Assembly: GCF_006345805.1 (NCBI RefSeq)
Contig: NC_043011.1
Span: forward strand, 25,370,464-25,434,463
Direction: 5' to 3'
DNA length: 64,000 bases
Origin: Octopus sinensis
Lineage: Eukaryota
A program made the translations under genes and the position numbers. Shown here piece after piece: positions 13,502 through 26,861 of this stretch (its first letter is position 1; each line of letters begins with the position of its first letter). Below the pieces are notes generated by a model, which was given only the letters and a program-made list of their open reading frames with translations, was not told the DNA's origin and did no database searches.

Positions 13502-15707
13502 GTGAGTGTTGTTTCAACCCTTGTTCCTTTATTACTCTGTAGATATGATCATATCTTTACCGTTATCTGTATGATCCCACAATAAACAACATAGCTTACT
13601 GTCATCAGTCAGTACAGCTCTAAACATATGTGGTCTGATCAATAAGTGTCCAGACTGTCGTCATAGTAACAAAACTAAAGCATGCAGAATGAAGGTGCTT
13701 GGCAAAGGATGACCTTAAACTCTGCTGTGCATGCACACTAAGTTTTAAATGCTCTAGCTCACTTCTACTGGTGTGTAGCGTGTGATCATCGCTTTGACCA
13801 TGACAGAGAAAGTTGAGCAGAGAATCTGCATCAAATTTTGCCAAAAACGTGATGATACCTGCTCAGAGGCCTATTTAAAGTTTTCAAAAAGTTTTCATTG
13901 TCCTCAACACAATAGACTATGAAACTTGGTGTAGTCCCGGCCTTGCCAGTTCCTATCAGGCTGTCCAATCCATGCCAGTATGGAAAACGGATGTTAAATG
14001 TAAGATAAAATGCCTCTGCTGTCATCAGTGTATAATCACTATCAGTATTATACCCTCATTTTCATCCTCATGTATTTAGTGCCATCATCATACTCCACTG
14101 TGATCAATATGTCTCTACTATCAATCTGTAGTCAACATATTCTTCTTCATTATCAACATCATGCTCTCAAAGTCATTGTCCTTCTTCCCTTCCATATCTC
14201 CCATGTCATAAATATACCTGCATCATCTTTATCTTTTCATTCCATTTGATACTGTAATTCCATTTTTAATACAATTCTCACATAACTTAATTGTTACTGA
14301 GATGCTTTTGAAATCCCTTTCATGATTCCACAGCCTTATAATCATCTCTCTAACTTCAAAGTGTGATTAGAATGTCACAGTAAAGGATTGTAATATGGAT
14401 TATTCAAGCTGAGCCCATGGACAGGACACCTAGCAGCAGCCCAAGAAGGTGATTGTAGGATAGTATTCATAGCCTCAGTTGGGCATGTTTGGGGATTTAG
14501 CAGGAATGGTGATTGCTTCTGATAGGATCTTATGGAGGAGGTGCCAAAGAACTTTACCTCCATGACCCTCCAAGGAATAGTCGACAGAGAAAATGAATGG
14601 ATGTAACTTCATAGTCATTCACTATTACCTACTACTATACTTCACTACTACTATACTTCACATTTCATCATCTCACCACATCGAGAGAAAAGCTACCCTC
14701 TGTTTCAAAGACATACTGTCTTTTCTCTTTCTTTTTTACTGTTACAATAATGGCCTCTTTGCTGAGCTGTCTGGTCTCAAACCACCACTACTCAGGTACT
14801 TCCATCTCACTTGTCTTTCCTCTCATCACCCATGTTGTGTTAACCCCAGTTGACCTAGGCTTCACACTAAAAATTATATTCAATCCTCCTCCCCAAAACG
14901 TAAATCCTTTGTCATTCACTTCCTGCTCATGTTTTTAATCACAGGTGTTGCCTTGCAATAGTTTAATCAGAACATTAATAACATCTCTCTCACTGGTCTC
15001 AGAGAACTTGCAAAGGCCATGGCTACTGCATTTTCCTTCAAACGAAGCAGCTATCTTTATAAGCATTTGCTATTGTCATCAAAGGGACAACTTTAGGTCT
15101 TGTGTAACATCTAAAAATATTTCTTGCAGAAACCTGTAATGGCTCTAACTCAGATTCATCTACTTCAAGCAATACAAACTTGTTGGCTTCCTCAAGTGTT
15201 GGATTTGTAGGTAAATAAATATCTTTTTCTAGATATGTTATTGCTATTAACTGGCATTTGAAGATACTTATAATAATAATGAGCTTATTGTATATAGTGC
15301 TCAGGTGCAATAAGTTATAAATGAAAAGTCCTGAGGTTGATTCATTTGACTAAAAATTCTTCAAGGCAGTGCCCCAGTATGGCCACGGTCTGATGACATT
15401 AAACAAGTAAGAGAAAGTATAATAATTGTACAATTTATGATGCAAAACAATAATGAAAAAAGACGAAAAGAAGAGGATAAACAATGCTTTTTTGTTTGTT
15501 CATAATCATCATCATCATCATCACTTAATGTCACTTTTCCATGTTTGTATGGGTTGGATGGTTTGACATCTCGATCTACCACTTTGATTTTTCTATTCTC
15601 TAGATTTAATACTTGCAGGTGGTCATGTTGATGGGTGGGCGTATTGAATAAATTTAACTTGATTTGCTTGAAAATCTTCATTTGTAAACTGTTCAGTGCA
15701 GATACTT

Positions 15708-15782
<75 letters not shown>

Positions 15783-16577
15783 GTGGGGTTAAAGAAAGGA
15801 AAAATATATCTAAAACTGCCCAACAACAATTTTTATTCCACAGTGATTGTTCTAAACTTTCCCTCGAAAATCACATCTAATAGTATTCTGGGACGAATTA
15901 GCCAGCGACGAATTGACCTGGGGAAGAATTGATCAACGACGAATTGACCGGGGATAAATCAACTGATGACGAAATAACTGGGAACGAAGTGTCCTAGCAC
16001 CTACGTGTGTGTCTGAAGGTAACTGACAGCCAAACCTGTATTGACAGACACTGTGGGTGCTGGTACTTGCTGCAAAAACAAGCTGCATGCAAGCTTTCAT
16101 GCTAGAATAGTTGCTCCTTTCGAATATTTCTATTTCAGCAAACAAATGATCTCTGGTTGTGATATCTGTGAAGCCTATAAGGATGCAAAAAGTTGTGGGG
16201 AGACTGTATATTTTGGTCGTAAATTGGATCTATGATGACATGGCTCTAATATATTGGTTATTCACTAATTGGAAGCAATTTGTAATTAACAACTATTTTG
16301 TTTGCTGGAGTGCTGAATTTAAATACTTTTAGGGATCTGCAGAAGAAAATTAAATAAAAGGTAAAACAAGATATCAATATGTCTTCTCTTGTATCACTAT
16401 ATAAAGATGAAAGTCTTTGGTGTTGTACCAATGACTTAACAAACTAATCTGGGATTTCATTTGCAACTGTTAACATTTTATACTTTGTTATTGAAGTAGC
16501 ATCTCTTTGTTTCATCTCATTAATATTCAAGACTGACATTTTTTGTTTTTGGTAATTTCTCCGTTTCTCCTTCTCAG

Positions 16578-16658
16578 GTCACTGCAATGATGGTTCTTCA
16601 GGAGAATCATGTATCAACAGAGCTGTTGATGATCTCACAGAAGGGAATAAGTTACTTG
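16578..16658 (+). CDS. Gene 1 juxtamembrane stalk exon
   Basis: ctccttctcag| acceptor, |gtaatt donor, phase 1-1, 81 nt; GHCNDGSSGESCINRAVDDLTEGNKLL; begins with the leading Cys seen after each type-B exon. Confidence 0.8.
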
Positions 16659-16954
16659 GTAATTATTTTGTTTTTATCCTCCTCTTCCTCCGAAGTCCAT
16701 CTTGTAGGCTGGCATAGGTTGAATGGTTTGATAGCAGCTGGCAAACCAGAGAGCTGCATCAGACTCCATTGGTTGCTTTGGCATGGTTCACCACCACCAC
16801 CACCACCACCACCACCACCACCACCACCACCACCCACCACCACCACCACCACCACCCACCACCACCACCACACCACCACCACCCACCACCACCACCACCA
16901 CCACCACCACCACCCACCACCACCACACCACCACCACCACCACCACCACCACCA

Positions 16955-17222
16955 TTTAACGTCCACTTTCCATGCTAGCATGGGTTGGACGATTTGACTG
17001 AGGTCTGGCGAACCAAATGGCTGCACCAGGCTCCAATCTGATCTGGCAGAGTTTCTACAGCTGGATGCCCTTCCTAACGCCAACCACTCTGAGAGTGTAG
17101 TGGGTGCGTTTACGTGCCACTGGCACGAGGGCCAGTCAGGTGGTACTGGCATCAGCCACACTCAAATGGTGCTTTTCATGTGCCACCTGCACACAAGCCA
17201 GTCCAGTGGCACTGGCAATGGC
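16955..17222 (-). mobile_element. Truncated copy of the same RTE 3' end, next to a (CCA)n tract
   Basis: Reverse complement of the family 3' end. Confidence 0.8.
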
Positions 17223-17989
17223 TGAATATTAATATTATCAAGAAATTAAATAATATTAATATTATTAATGTAATATTTGATACCAACCTTCCCCAAATCA
17301 CCCTTGTTTCTATGACGTAAACATCATCTTTAAAAATTACCCTAATTAAAACCTTCCATTAAAATTTCATGTTAAATTATGTTCTAAACAACAGTTTAAT
17401 AATGGCAGTTATTGTATTAAACAGTAAACAAATTAATAAAGAAAAGCTGAGTATTTCAACAGAGATATGGTAACAAAAAGGGTTAAAAGTTATCAATATA
17501 ATTCACACAGCCAGATAAAGATAATATCCTCAAGTATTGATAGTACAATGAGTTGAAAAAAACTTTGATCAGTTGAGATTATCCATACAAGTAGTATTTA
17601 AAACTCACTCTGGGATTATTTCATATCTAAAGACCAAAGGAGCAAAATAAGATCAGTTGATTAAAATTTTTCCAGCCACATGGTTTAGGGTTCAGTTCCA
17701 CTGCGTGACACGTTGGGCAAGTGTCATCTACTATAGCCTTGGGTTGACCAGAGCCGTGTGAGTGGATTTGGTAGACGGAAACTGCTTGTCACACACACAC
17801 ACGTGTGTGCGTGTGTGTATGTATCTATGAGTGTGTGTCTTTGTGTCTAAGTTTGTCACCCATCACCACCCCTTGACAGTCAGTATTGGTGTGTTTACAT
17901 CCCTGTAACTTAGCAGTTCAGTAAAAAAAAAAAAACTGATTGAATAAGTGCCAGGCTTTAAAAATGGTGCAGAAGCTGCGACAGACAGT

Positions 17990-18450
17990 CCCTGCCATCA
18001 GAGAGAGACCATGCTGGTTGGGGTTCAGCAGATTGTTGTCTTTGAGGAAGTGGGTTATTCACGATCTCACCACCCTCTCAAGTACTTTAATGATTTGAGA
18101 GGTGAGTGAAATCGGATGGTAGTTCACAGCAAGAGATTTGTTTCCCTTTTTGAAAACTGGAATGACAGACTGGGAAAGAAAATGATCAGGAATATAGCCT
18201 GTGCCAAGTGAGTTTGTTCAGAGCTCAACTAGAGAGGGTGCAATTTGATGTCGACACATCTTCCGGACAGTGGCTGGGAACCTATCGGACCTACTGCCGA
18301 GTTGTGCTTGATCTTATTTATTTCTGTTAGGATATTAGGAGCGCCAAAAGTAATGTCAAATATAGTTAGTTGAGGGTTTATATCACTGATGCTAGCCAGA
18401 TCAACTGCATTGGGGTTATTGAAAACAGAGCAGTATTGTTTCAGCAGCAT
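17990..18450 (-). mobile_element. CR1/L2-like LINE RT fragment
   Basis: Minus frame VIPVFKKGNKSLAVNYHPISLTSQIIKVLERVV, typical non-LTR pre-RT motif. Confidence 0.8.
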
Positions 18451-19388
18451 CTCGCATAAGCCTGTATAAAGGGCAGCAAACTTAAGGGTTGCTCCAGGCA
18501 GCCTGCATTCTAGCTACGAGCCATTACTCTATGACTCTGTAAAAAACAAAAGAAGAAAAAATATCAGATAAGGGAGATAACTCACATCAGATTAATTAAT
18601 GGAAACTGGAGAAGACAATTTTGAGTGAACTTGATCGTTAGAGCTAAATGGTGAAAAGAACAGACATATCTTAGTCTTGATTTGAATACAAAGAGTGATC
18701 ACTTATATATATTGAAACAGAGAAAATGTTGTGTTCTGATTATTAAATCATCAATATAGCTATGGAAAAATACTTCAGCAGTGTATTCTGTAAATTAAAT
18801 ACAAATATGGTAGGGTCTCACATATGCAATATAACATTAAAATTCTGCTGAAGTTGACTTTGCCTTTCATCACTTCAGGGTTGATAAAATAAGTATCAGT
18901 TCAGCATTGGGGTTGACGAAATCCATTTTCCCCTCCCTCAAAACTGCTGGCTTTGTTGCAATGTTAGAAAGAATTATATGTAATACTTCCACTACTTTCA
19001 GTACTGAGTTTATATACACATGTATTGTACTTATTTACAACCAGATGGATTTATCCAGTGAGTGTTTGACCCAAGGACACTGTATTTAGCAATGATGAGA
19101 CTGAAGTCTTTTGCCTTTTAGATAATATTTTAATTTCACCCCCTTGGACCTTAACCAGCTGTGTCTTTCAAAGCATCTAGTGTGTTCAGTTGTAATGGGA
19201 TTTGAACTGAGAACAACAAAGACTCGACAAGAAACCATAAATATGGTTTCAAATTTTTTCACAAGGCCAGCAATTTCAGGGTGGTGGACAAGTTGATTAC
19301 ATCAACCCCAATCGAAGACTATTACTTTCCACATATATATTAGAAATGAATACTTGTTATTATCACTGCGTTTGTTACAATATTGCAG

Positions 19389-19473
19389 ATCATGTACTTG
19401 CACCAATTGCTGCTGCAGTTTTAATTCTGCTTCTTTTCATTGCAATAATGGTTTATTCCAGAAAAAAATGCAA
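19389..19473 (+). CDS. Gene 1 transmembrane exon
   Basis: ttgcag| acceptor, |gtaagt donor, phase 1-2; DHVLAPIAAAVLILLLFIAIMVYSRKKC = hydrophobic helix plus basic stop-transfer residues. Confidence 0.88.
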
Positions 19474-19992
19474 GTAAGTATATACTTTTTTATCCAATCA
19501 AAATATATTTCCTATTGAACATAATGTAATATCTACCTTGGTGAAAATAGTGAACTTGCAGACTTAATAACTTCATGTGTTTATTAGTTATATAAAAATA
19601 GTTTATATAGAACTATTATATATAACTGCCATCTCAGAAGAGTACAGGGTTATATAACCGGGCTGTTGTCTAATACTCCATTGAAGCCCTAGTATGAAAC
19701 TGAGCGGTAAGATCTGTTGTAATGATATAATACTGTACAATTCAATTAATATATACACTCTATTGTCAAATATATGAGCGCATATTTTTTCTGACTTATG
19801 GATTCTTTGATGCTCTCTCTCTCTCTCTATATATATATATAATATATACCTTATATAATTTACACTTATGTAATAAAAGTTATCATCTTTAGAATGTCAT
19901 GAGGTGCTTCAAATTTGGAAAGCTCACTCAGGTGTAGGACATGCACACATGCACGCATGCATGCACACACACACACACACACCACACACACA

Positions 19993-20063
<71 letters not shown>

Positions 20064-20258
20064 CTGGCACAGAGTTTCAGTCCTATTGAATTCTGTTCCA
20101 TAAGTATTTTCAATCTATATTCACAGATGTTTTCTATTATGTTTAAGATTTTCTGCCTTGGTTAAAGAAGCTGTAAAAAAAAAAAAAAAAAAAAAGCAGA
20201 CCCTTTGCTTAAATGTTTCAATCTACATTCATTGAAATAGTTTGTTTTATTTCCCCAG

Positions 20259-20301
20259 TTCTCGCTCGAACATTGAGAGACGAAATCCTTCACGATTATG
20301 A
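20259..20301 (+). CDS. Gene 1 last coding exon, cytoplasmic tail NSRSNIERRNPSRL*
   Basis: tttccccag| acceptor; phase-2 continuation gives TGA at 20299-20301; AATAAA at 20341 and 20722 downstream. Confidence 0.65.
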
Positions 20302-21048
20302 AATGAAATCTTTGCTACATCGATGGGGAGGATAAAATGTAATAAAAGAGAAATAGAGAGAGAAACAAACTTCAAGATGTTTGACTTGAATTATATAGCA
20401 GGACTGAAGATATGGTACAGAATGATTAGAGGATGGGTTTTAATAGCAGCTAATTACCGATGTCATCCTTGCCTCATTAACAAGATTGATTTGAGCTGGA
20501 TTCTGTTATGAACATAACTGTTGAGAGATTAATGGTTTCAGTGGATATTGTTATTCTCCAGTTGCTATATCTAACCATACTGTTTCTTCCCCATTATAAT
20601 TTGTTTGTATTATACCAATAGCATCCCTACATTCATATGTGTTAACATTAGACTAACACTCCCCAACCAACACTCTTACAGCTTCTTTGGAAACTGCTGC
20701 TACCATTCAAACAAAACGATAAATAAAGCTTCATTGGAAAAAAAAAAAATCAATTGTTTTTATTTCGTGACAAAATATAATTGATTTGCAAAAAATTTAA
20801 ATATTTGTAATAATACAAAAATACTTTAAAATAATTTTAAAATAATTTTGAACAAAAATAACAATGCATTCTTTTTTTTTTTCGTTATATGATTGCTTTG
20901 CAAAAAAAATGTGCGTGTGTGTGTGTGTATTTACACACATATATGTATATTTTATATATATATATATATACACACACACACAACATACATATATATATAT
21001 GTATATGTGTATTATATATATATATACATGTATGTGTGTGTATATATA

Positions 21049-21079
<31 letters not shown>

Positions 21080-21168
21080 GATATATGTGTGTGTATATAT
21101 ATGTATGTATGTGTGCTTATATATATTATACTAGCACTATGACCTGGCAACACACACACACACACACA

Positions 21169-21664
21169 CCTGTTGAGGCAAGTAAAATCGAAATCGAAAT
21201 CAAATTCGATGACTGTGCTGGTGGAGCGCTAAGAGTACCATACGAGTGTGATCATTGCCAGAGCAACAAGCTGCCTCTGTGCCAATGGCACGTAAAAAGC
21301 ACCATTCAAATGTGATTGTTACCCGCGTCGCCTTACTGGCACTTGTGCTGGTGGCATGTGAAAAAACATTTGAGCGAGGTCGTTGCCAGTGCCGCTGGAC
21401 GGGTTCCTATGCAGGTGGCACATAAAAAGCACTATTTGAGCGTAGTTGTTGCCAGTACCACCTGACAGGCCTTCATGCTGGTGGCATGTAAAAGCACCCA
21501 CTATACTCTTGGAGTGGTTGGCGTTAGGAAGGGCATCTAGCTGTAGAAACTCTGCCAGATCAGATTGGAGTATGGTGCAGCCATCTGGTTTGCTAGACCT
21601 CAGTCAAATCGTCCAACCCATGCTAGCATGGAAAGTGGATGTTAAACGATGATGATGATGATGA

Positions 21665-21668
<4 letters not shown>
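21169..21668 (+). mobile_element. Copy of the RTE 3' UTR family
   Basis: cctgttgaggcaagt start shared with 42232; hairpin repeats; (GAT)n tail. Confidence 0.85.
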
Positions 21669-21741
<73 letters not shown>

Positions 21742-22264
21742 ATATATGTGTGTTTTTATTTAGTATGAGGCAAAGTAAGTTTTCACAAACAGCAAAGCTG
21801 TCAAACTATCATTAATAATCATTTTAATACTGCAATGACTCCAGTGTGTTGTAAAAAAATGATTTTTCTTAAATCACATGGTAGAAAAATAAGGGAATGC
21901 ATGTACAATATTGTTTACACTAATGCAATAGTGTTTACAATACAACTGTAAAGTTCAGAATAATATCACAGCATTTACAATAATACCATTATTAACAACA
22001 TTAGATTTATAAACTTTCAAGAGAATGCGGAATAAATTATTTTTTGGAATGGTAGATCTTGAAGCAAATAAAGCTATGAATATAATAGTATGTAGATATT
22101 GATTTCAAATTTGGGTACAAGGCCAGCATGTTCATAGAAAGAGTTAAGTTGATTACATCAATCCATAGGGCTCAAAATGTACTCATTTTATCGACCCAGA
22201 GAAGATGAAAGGCAATGCTGACCATGGCAGAATTTGAACTCAAAATAAATAGTGTGTAAATATT

Positions 22265-22708
22265 CTTTTCTACTCTAGGCACAAGGCTCGAAATTTTTGG
22301 GGAGGGGGGCCAGTCAATTAGACCAACTCCAGTACACAACTGGTACTTAATTTATCGACCCCAAAAGGATGAAAGGCAAAGTTGACCTCAGAGGAATTTG
22401 AACTCAGAACATAGACAGATGAAATACCGCTAAGCATTTTGCCTAGCATGCTCACGTTTCTGCCATCTTGCTGCCTTAGTTGTCTGTAATATTCGTTTCT
22501 ACTCTAGGCACAAGGCCTGAAATTTTTGGGGAGGAGGGGGCAGTCAATTAGATCAACCCCAGTATGCAACTGGTACTTAATTTATTGACCCCGAAAGGAT
22601 GAAAGACAGAGTTGACCTCAGCGAAATTTGAACTCAGAACATAAAGACAGATGAAATACTGCTAAGCATTTCGCCTGGTGTTCTAACATTTCTGCCAGCT
22701 CACCACCT
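22265..22708 (-). mobile_element. Head-to-tail SINE dimer flanked by one 19-bp direct repeat
   Basis: Two ~215-bp units; taaatagtgtgtaaatatt at 22246-22264 and 22709-22727. Confidence 0.8.
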
Positions 22709-22915
22709 TAAATAGTGTGTAAATATTGAGTTACAAAAACCCCTTTGGATTGAAAAATTCAAAGGCTGCCTCTGGACTTGACTTTTTCTATTATTTATAG
22801 TCTTATTTGGTTTTGAGAGCCACAGTTCCAAAAGAGAATTAACAACATAGTGTTTATAACAATAATGTTTACAATAGACAGATTATAACTGATGTTTGTT
22901 AATAACATAGAATAA

Positions 22916-23089
22916 TTAATCAGCGCTCTTCTTCTGTGTAATTTGCTCTCTCTCAGCAACTGCTTTAGCTAGAGCATCAACCATTGGCTTGGGGTCGTAG
23001 CATGGTCCTTTGCCACCCAGATCAACAGGAATCAGGGAAGGTTTGAAACACCGCCAGAAAGGTTCGAGATCATAGCCATATAAAAATAC
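22916..23089 (-). CDS. Gene 2 last exon (apparent missing G at the acceptor)
   Basis: VFLYGYDLEPFWRCFKPSLIPVDLGGKGPCYDPKPMVDAL...KKSAD*; LPxDxGG-type motif; reading needs cag|gta but the sequence has cagta. Confidence 0.88.
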   Translation of the reverse strand, partial: VFLYGYDLEPFWRCFKPSLIPVDLGGKGPCYDPKPMVDALAKAVAEREQITQKKSAD

Positions 23090-24703
23090 TGTGAAATAGA
23101 TTAGGAAAGATTGTCAATATTCAGGTGTTGCTATCATATAAGGTGAGTCCTACATCTGTCATTGGGCCATTGTTATACCCTTAGGTTTAATATTGTTCAT
23201 ATACTAGTTTTAGAGAAAGCGATCTTTTAGAGAGGATAAGTGGATAGATACACACACACACACACGCGCACACACACACATACACACACATGTGCGCATA
23301 CACACATGCATACAACCACACACACACACACGTATGCACACAGATGTATATATGTGTATATGTATATGTATGTATATGTTTGTATATATATGTATATAAT
23401 TGGTGTGAGAGTCCAAATCTGACCACTTTGAACAATATTTTGGCTTGATATGACTGGTTTAAATGCTAAAGGGTTAACTACTCAGAAGAAACTTGGTAGC
23501 TTTTGAGTATTTAAAAGTGGTTCATATTCTCTTTGCAAAAAGTGGCCTTCACTTCAATGTAGACAAAATATTTGATATGTCAGAGGGGTCTGACATTAAC
23601 AATGATACTCTGAATAGTGGAAATGATCCAATAAAAACTCCACCTTTTTTAATACAAAACAGGAAAATTGGTGTAAAAACCCCATTATTTGAAAAAATAA
23701 GACATAAAAAGACACACTCAGAATAAATAATGAAATTATTGTATACAGTGCTCAGGTGCACCACAACTTGTCAGAAAGTGCATATAAAGTATATGCAGTA
23801 ATGTACGAATGTCTGGAAAGTGAACAATGTATGAGTCAGATACATGCTTGTGTGTGTATGGAGGGGAGAAAATCAGGTGTAGTGTTGGCGAATCTCAGAA
23901 AGCATGGAAGTTTTGAAGGATGCAGTGCTTCGACAACTAACAACTGATGCTGGCATTTTTTGTTCTATGCTTCAGCAACTCTCAGCGTGAAAAAATGTTT
24001 CCTAAAGTCATGGGAGCTGTGCTGTTTTCTGACTTTATAAATATGTCCACAGGTGTTAGACGGGTGGAGTTTGAAAAGGTGCTCAGAGTTATTGTTTGTA
24101 AGATGGTTAATAATTTTGAAGCATGGAGTGAACTACCCACATCAGCTGTTAGCTGCCAAGACACTACATCCTTCAAAACTTCTATGCTTCATGAAATTTG
24201 CCAATGCACCCCATGCCTTTTTTTTTTGTTAAAGACTTATTTGCTGGTCATTTCCTCTGCATATTCTGTGCTGTTCCTGCAGTTTGGTTACTTTCACTGA
24301 TGAGTCGTAGCATAGTACAATAAGTCCATTAATATTATTTTAAAGATAGTATAGGAAGGGACGTAATTCATGATGAAAGTGTTTGTTTTATCTCATACAA
24401 ATTTAGTGTCTCATAAGAAAAATCTTTATACAGAAGTAACTTCACAAAAATCTCTCTCGCTTTCATTTGACTCAGATAAACAGAATAGGGATAAAAAAGT
24501 ATGTATGTTTGTGTGGCTGTATGTGTGATTATGCATATGTATTCATATAGGCATGTGTGTGCCTGTGCAAGAGAGTGTATTTGTATGAGCACAGTGTGTG
24601 AGAGAGTATGCATTGTGTGTGTGTGCATGCATGTGTGCGTGTGTGTGTGTGTGACAGTTTTCAATTTTCAAGGAATAAATTTGCACCCATGCCCCATGCT
24701 TAC

Positions 24704-24814
24704 CCTACTGGCTAGTTTTGTCTTCAGAAAGGGCCTTATAAGCCTGACGGTGTGAGTAAAGAACCAGGGCTGATAGATGAAGTGTGCTCCCTTAAACCTA
24801 GAAGGAAATGTCCC
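24704..24814 (-). CDS. Gene 2 exon 4
   Basis: poly-T acag| acceptor, |gtaagc donor, phase 0-0, 111 nt; [37 protein letters not shown] (CRAL-TRIO FPxRFKxxHFxxQPW motif); not in the ORF track. Confidence 0.95.
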
Positions 24815-25583
24815 CTGTAAAAAAAAAAAAAAAAGTTAGCAAGGGCAGCATAAAAGCAGAAGTATATCACATGAACAGGTATGGAATCAAAGCATCACCA
24901 CCATCACCATCACCATAACCATCGCAGCACAAAGCATAGAACCTTCTCAGTGATATATCAAATTGCTAGAAATAGCAGTCAGATTTTTCTAAAATAATTT
25001 CTAATTATCTTAAAGAAAGGAAAAAAGGCACTTTGGATAATGTCAATTTGGATACTCATAAAGAAAAAAAAAACTTGATGGTCATGAATGAAATGTCTCT
25101 GATCATAGGTCTGTTGACAAGGGCTGACTAAGGGCTAAATAATGACTACAACAATATGAACAATAAAGCGTCCTCTTTTTCAGACTTCCTCCCCAACTAG
25201 AAACCCAGCTTCAGAAACATTATTCAAAAGATCACCAACCAAGTCCCTCAACTTGCAAGAAATAACGACTAAATCTCCCTCAAATCATTCACTGATATAA
25301 TTTTTATTTGGAATGTTGGATCTTGAAGCAGACAAGCAGCTATAAATAACAGCATAATTTTTTTAAAGACAGCAATGTGTGATTTGAGGAAAATTTGGAT
25401 GCTATTTCTATTAGCTGAGTGACATTGTGGTGACTCATTTATCAAGTGGATAACCTATTTATTTGGATGGAGGTCCAAAATATCAGTAGTTTGAGATAAG
25501 TCGAATAATTTTTAGGTATTAGATAAGCTTTATCTATCTGTGTGAGAGAGCAAACGTCAAGCATTACCAGTGTGTCTACTTAC

Positions 25584-25804
25584 TTGTATGCTTTCGACCA
25601 TTTTCTTCATGTCAGAGGGACGAGTTGTCAGTGCTTGTAGTAATGAGTAATCCCTGAAGTTCTCTACAATAGTTATGCCATTCAGTTGAGTTTCTTCATT
25701 CAGGAGTAGATAGTCCAAGAGAAAGAGATAAGACCTCAATACCACATCGTTAGGGAATTTGTTCGATCCCAGTTCCCTATACTGAACAGCAGCACAATAC
25801 ATCC
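25584..25804 (-). CDS. Gene 2 exon 3 (apparent 1-nt deletion near 25765)
   Basis: tttag| acceptor, |gtaagt donor; GCIVLLFSIGNWD then frame change to KFPNDVVLRSYLFLLDYLLLNEETQLNGITIVENFRDYS...DMKKMVESIQ; resembles the RLBP1 NEETQING motif; 221 nt where 222 is needed. Confidence 0.9.
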
Positions 25805-25843
25805 CTAAATTAAGAGAAGAAAAATGAGTGAGTTTACATGACA

Positions 25844-25874
<31 letters not shown>

Positions 25875-26861
25875 TGTGTGATTGTGTTTATCTGTATCTA
25901 TAATAGGCAGGATGTGTGTGTATGTGTGTGTACATGAATGTAATTTGTGCACGTCCACAAATTAGCATGCATGTTGCTCCAATTTTAGGAGGACATTCAT
26001 CATGATCCTAGTTGTATTTTCTTAAACTTATTTTTACCAGAGGCACCAGTGAATAGCAGTAAAAATAAATTTTCAACCTAAACTTTTAACAATTTTCAAG
26101 TCAGAAAAATCACCATTGTTTGCAAACAGGAGTTAAGTCCCCTTCTAGCGACAAGTTAGTTTTTGTTAAGACTTTTGTTGTTTTTTTCCATCAAGAAAAA
26201 AGTGCTTTGTAGATATACGGGCAACACACACACGAACATGTATATGTACAAAAAACATGTATGCAATAGGTGTATGTACGTACGTGTGTGTATGTGTGTG
26301 TTGCCCATATATATATATATATATAAACAAATTTCAACAGATTTTACCCAAATTTGACGTCGATGTTACTCCTCCTCACCTCTACCTCCACCTCTTTCTC
26401 CTTTTTATCTTCCACCACCACCACCACAACCACCACCTCAACAACAGCAGCTGCAGCAGCAACAACAGACCGGGCGTTGTGTGTGTTTATTGAGTGAAAA
26501 CACCTAAAGCTCCACGAAGCTCCAGCAGGGGGTGGGGTGGTGGCAACCCCTGTTGTACTCTTTCGCTCCAACTTTCTCTCACTCTTTCTTCCTGTTTCTT
26601 GTCCCCGACTTCCTACGCAACCGCTGAGCCTGGATGTGCATTCATCTATCCGTCGATGCTCTCGGTGTCGGGGGTTGACCTGCTTTCTCTTCTGCGGGTC
26701 TTACGAATAGCAGAGGACCACGTTTCGGACTTCTAGGACGAAGACTGTTTTGCTCAACAAACAAACAAACAAAGCAGCAACAACAACTTGTGAAATCATT
26801 TGTCTTTGTTTCTAAGACTCTCTTGTTACTTAAATTCTGACAAAAAGTCGTAAATTCTCAC

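Noticed and set aside
16587-17161. Pro/His/Thr-rich and Trp/Gly-rich ORFs
   Set aside because: (CCA)n microsatellite plus a retroelement end; the real exon is 16578..16658 in another frame
20290-20301. C-terminal SRL as a peroxisomal PTS1 signal
   Set aside because: The protein has a glycosylated, disulfide-rich ectodomain and a TM helix, so a PDZ-binding role or chance is more plausible
25760-25770. Programmed frameshift or RNA editing restoring gene 2
   Set aside because: No slippery site; A-to-I editing does not insert bases; a second lesion at a splice acceptor points to sequence error
25557-25958. ORF-track start MDVHKL...GMYCAAVQYRELGS as true gene 2 sequence
   Set aside because: The upstream part is intron, and the first 13 exon codons match the family only in another frame (GCIVLLFSIGNWD)
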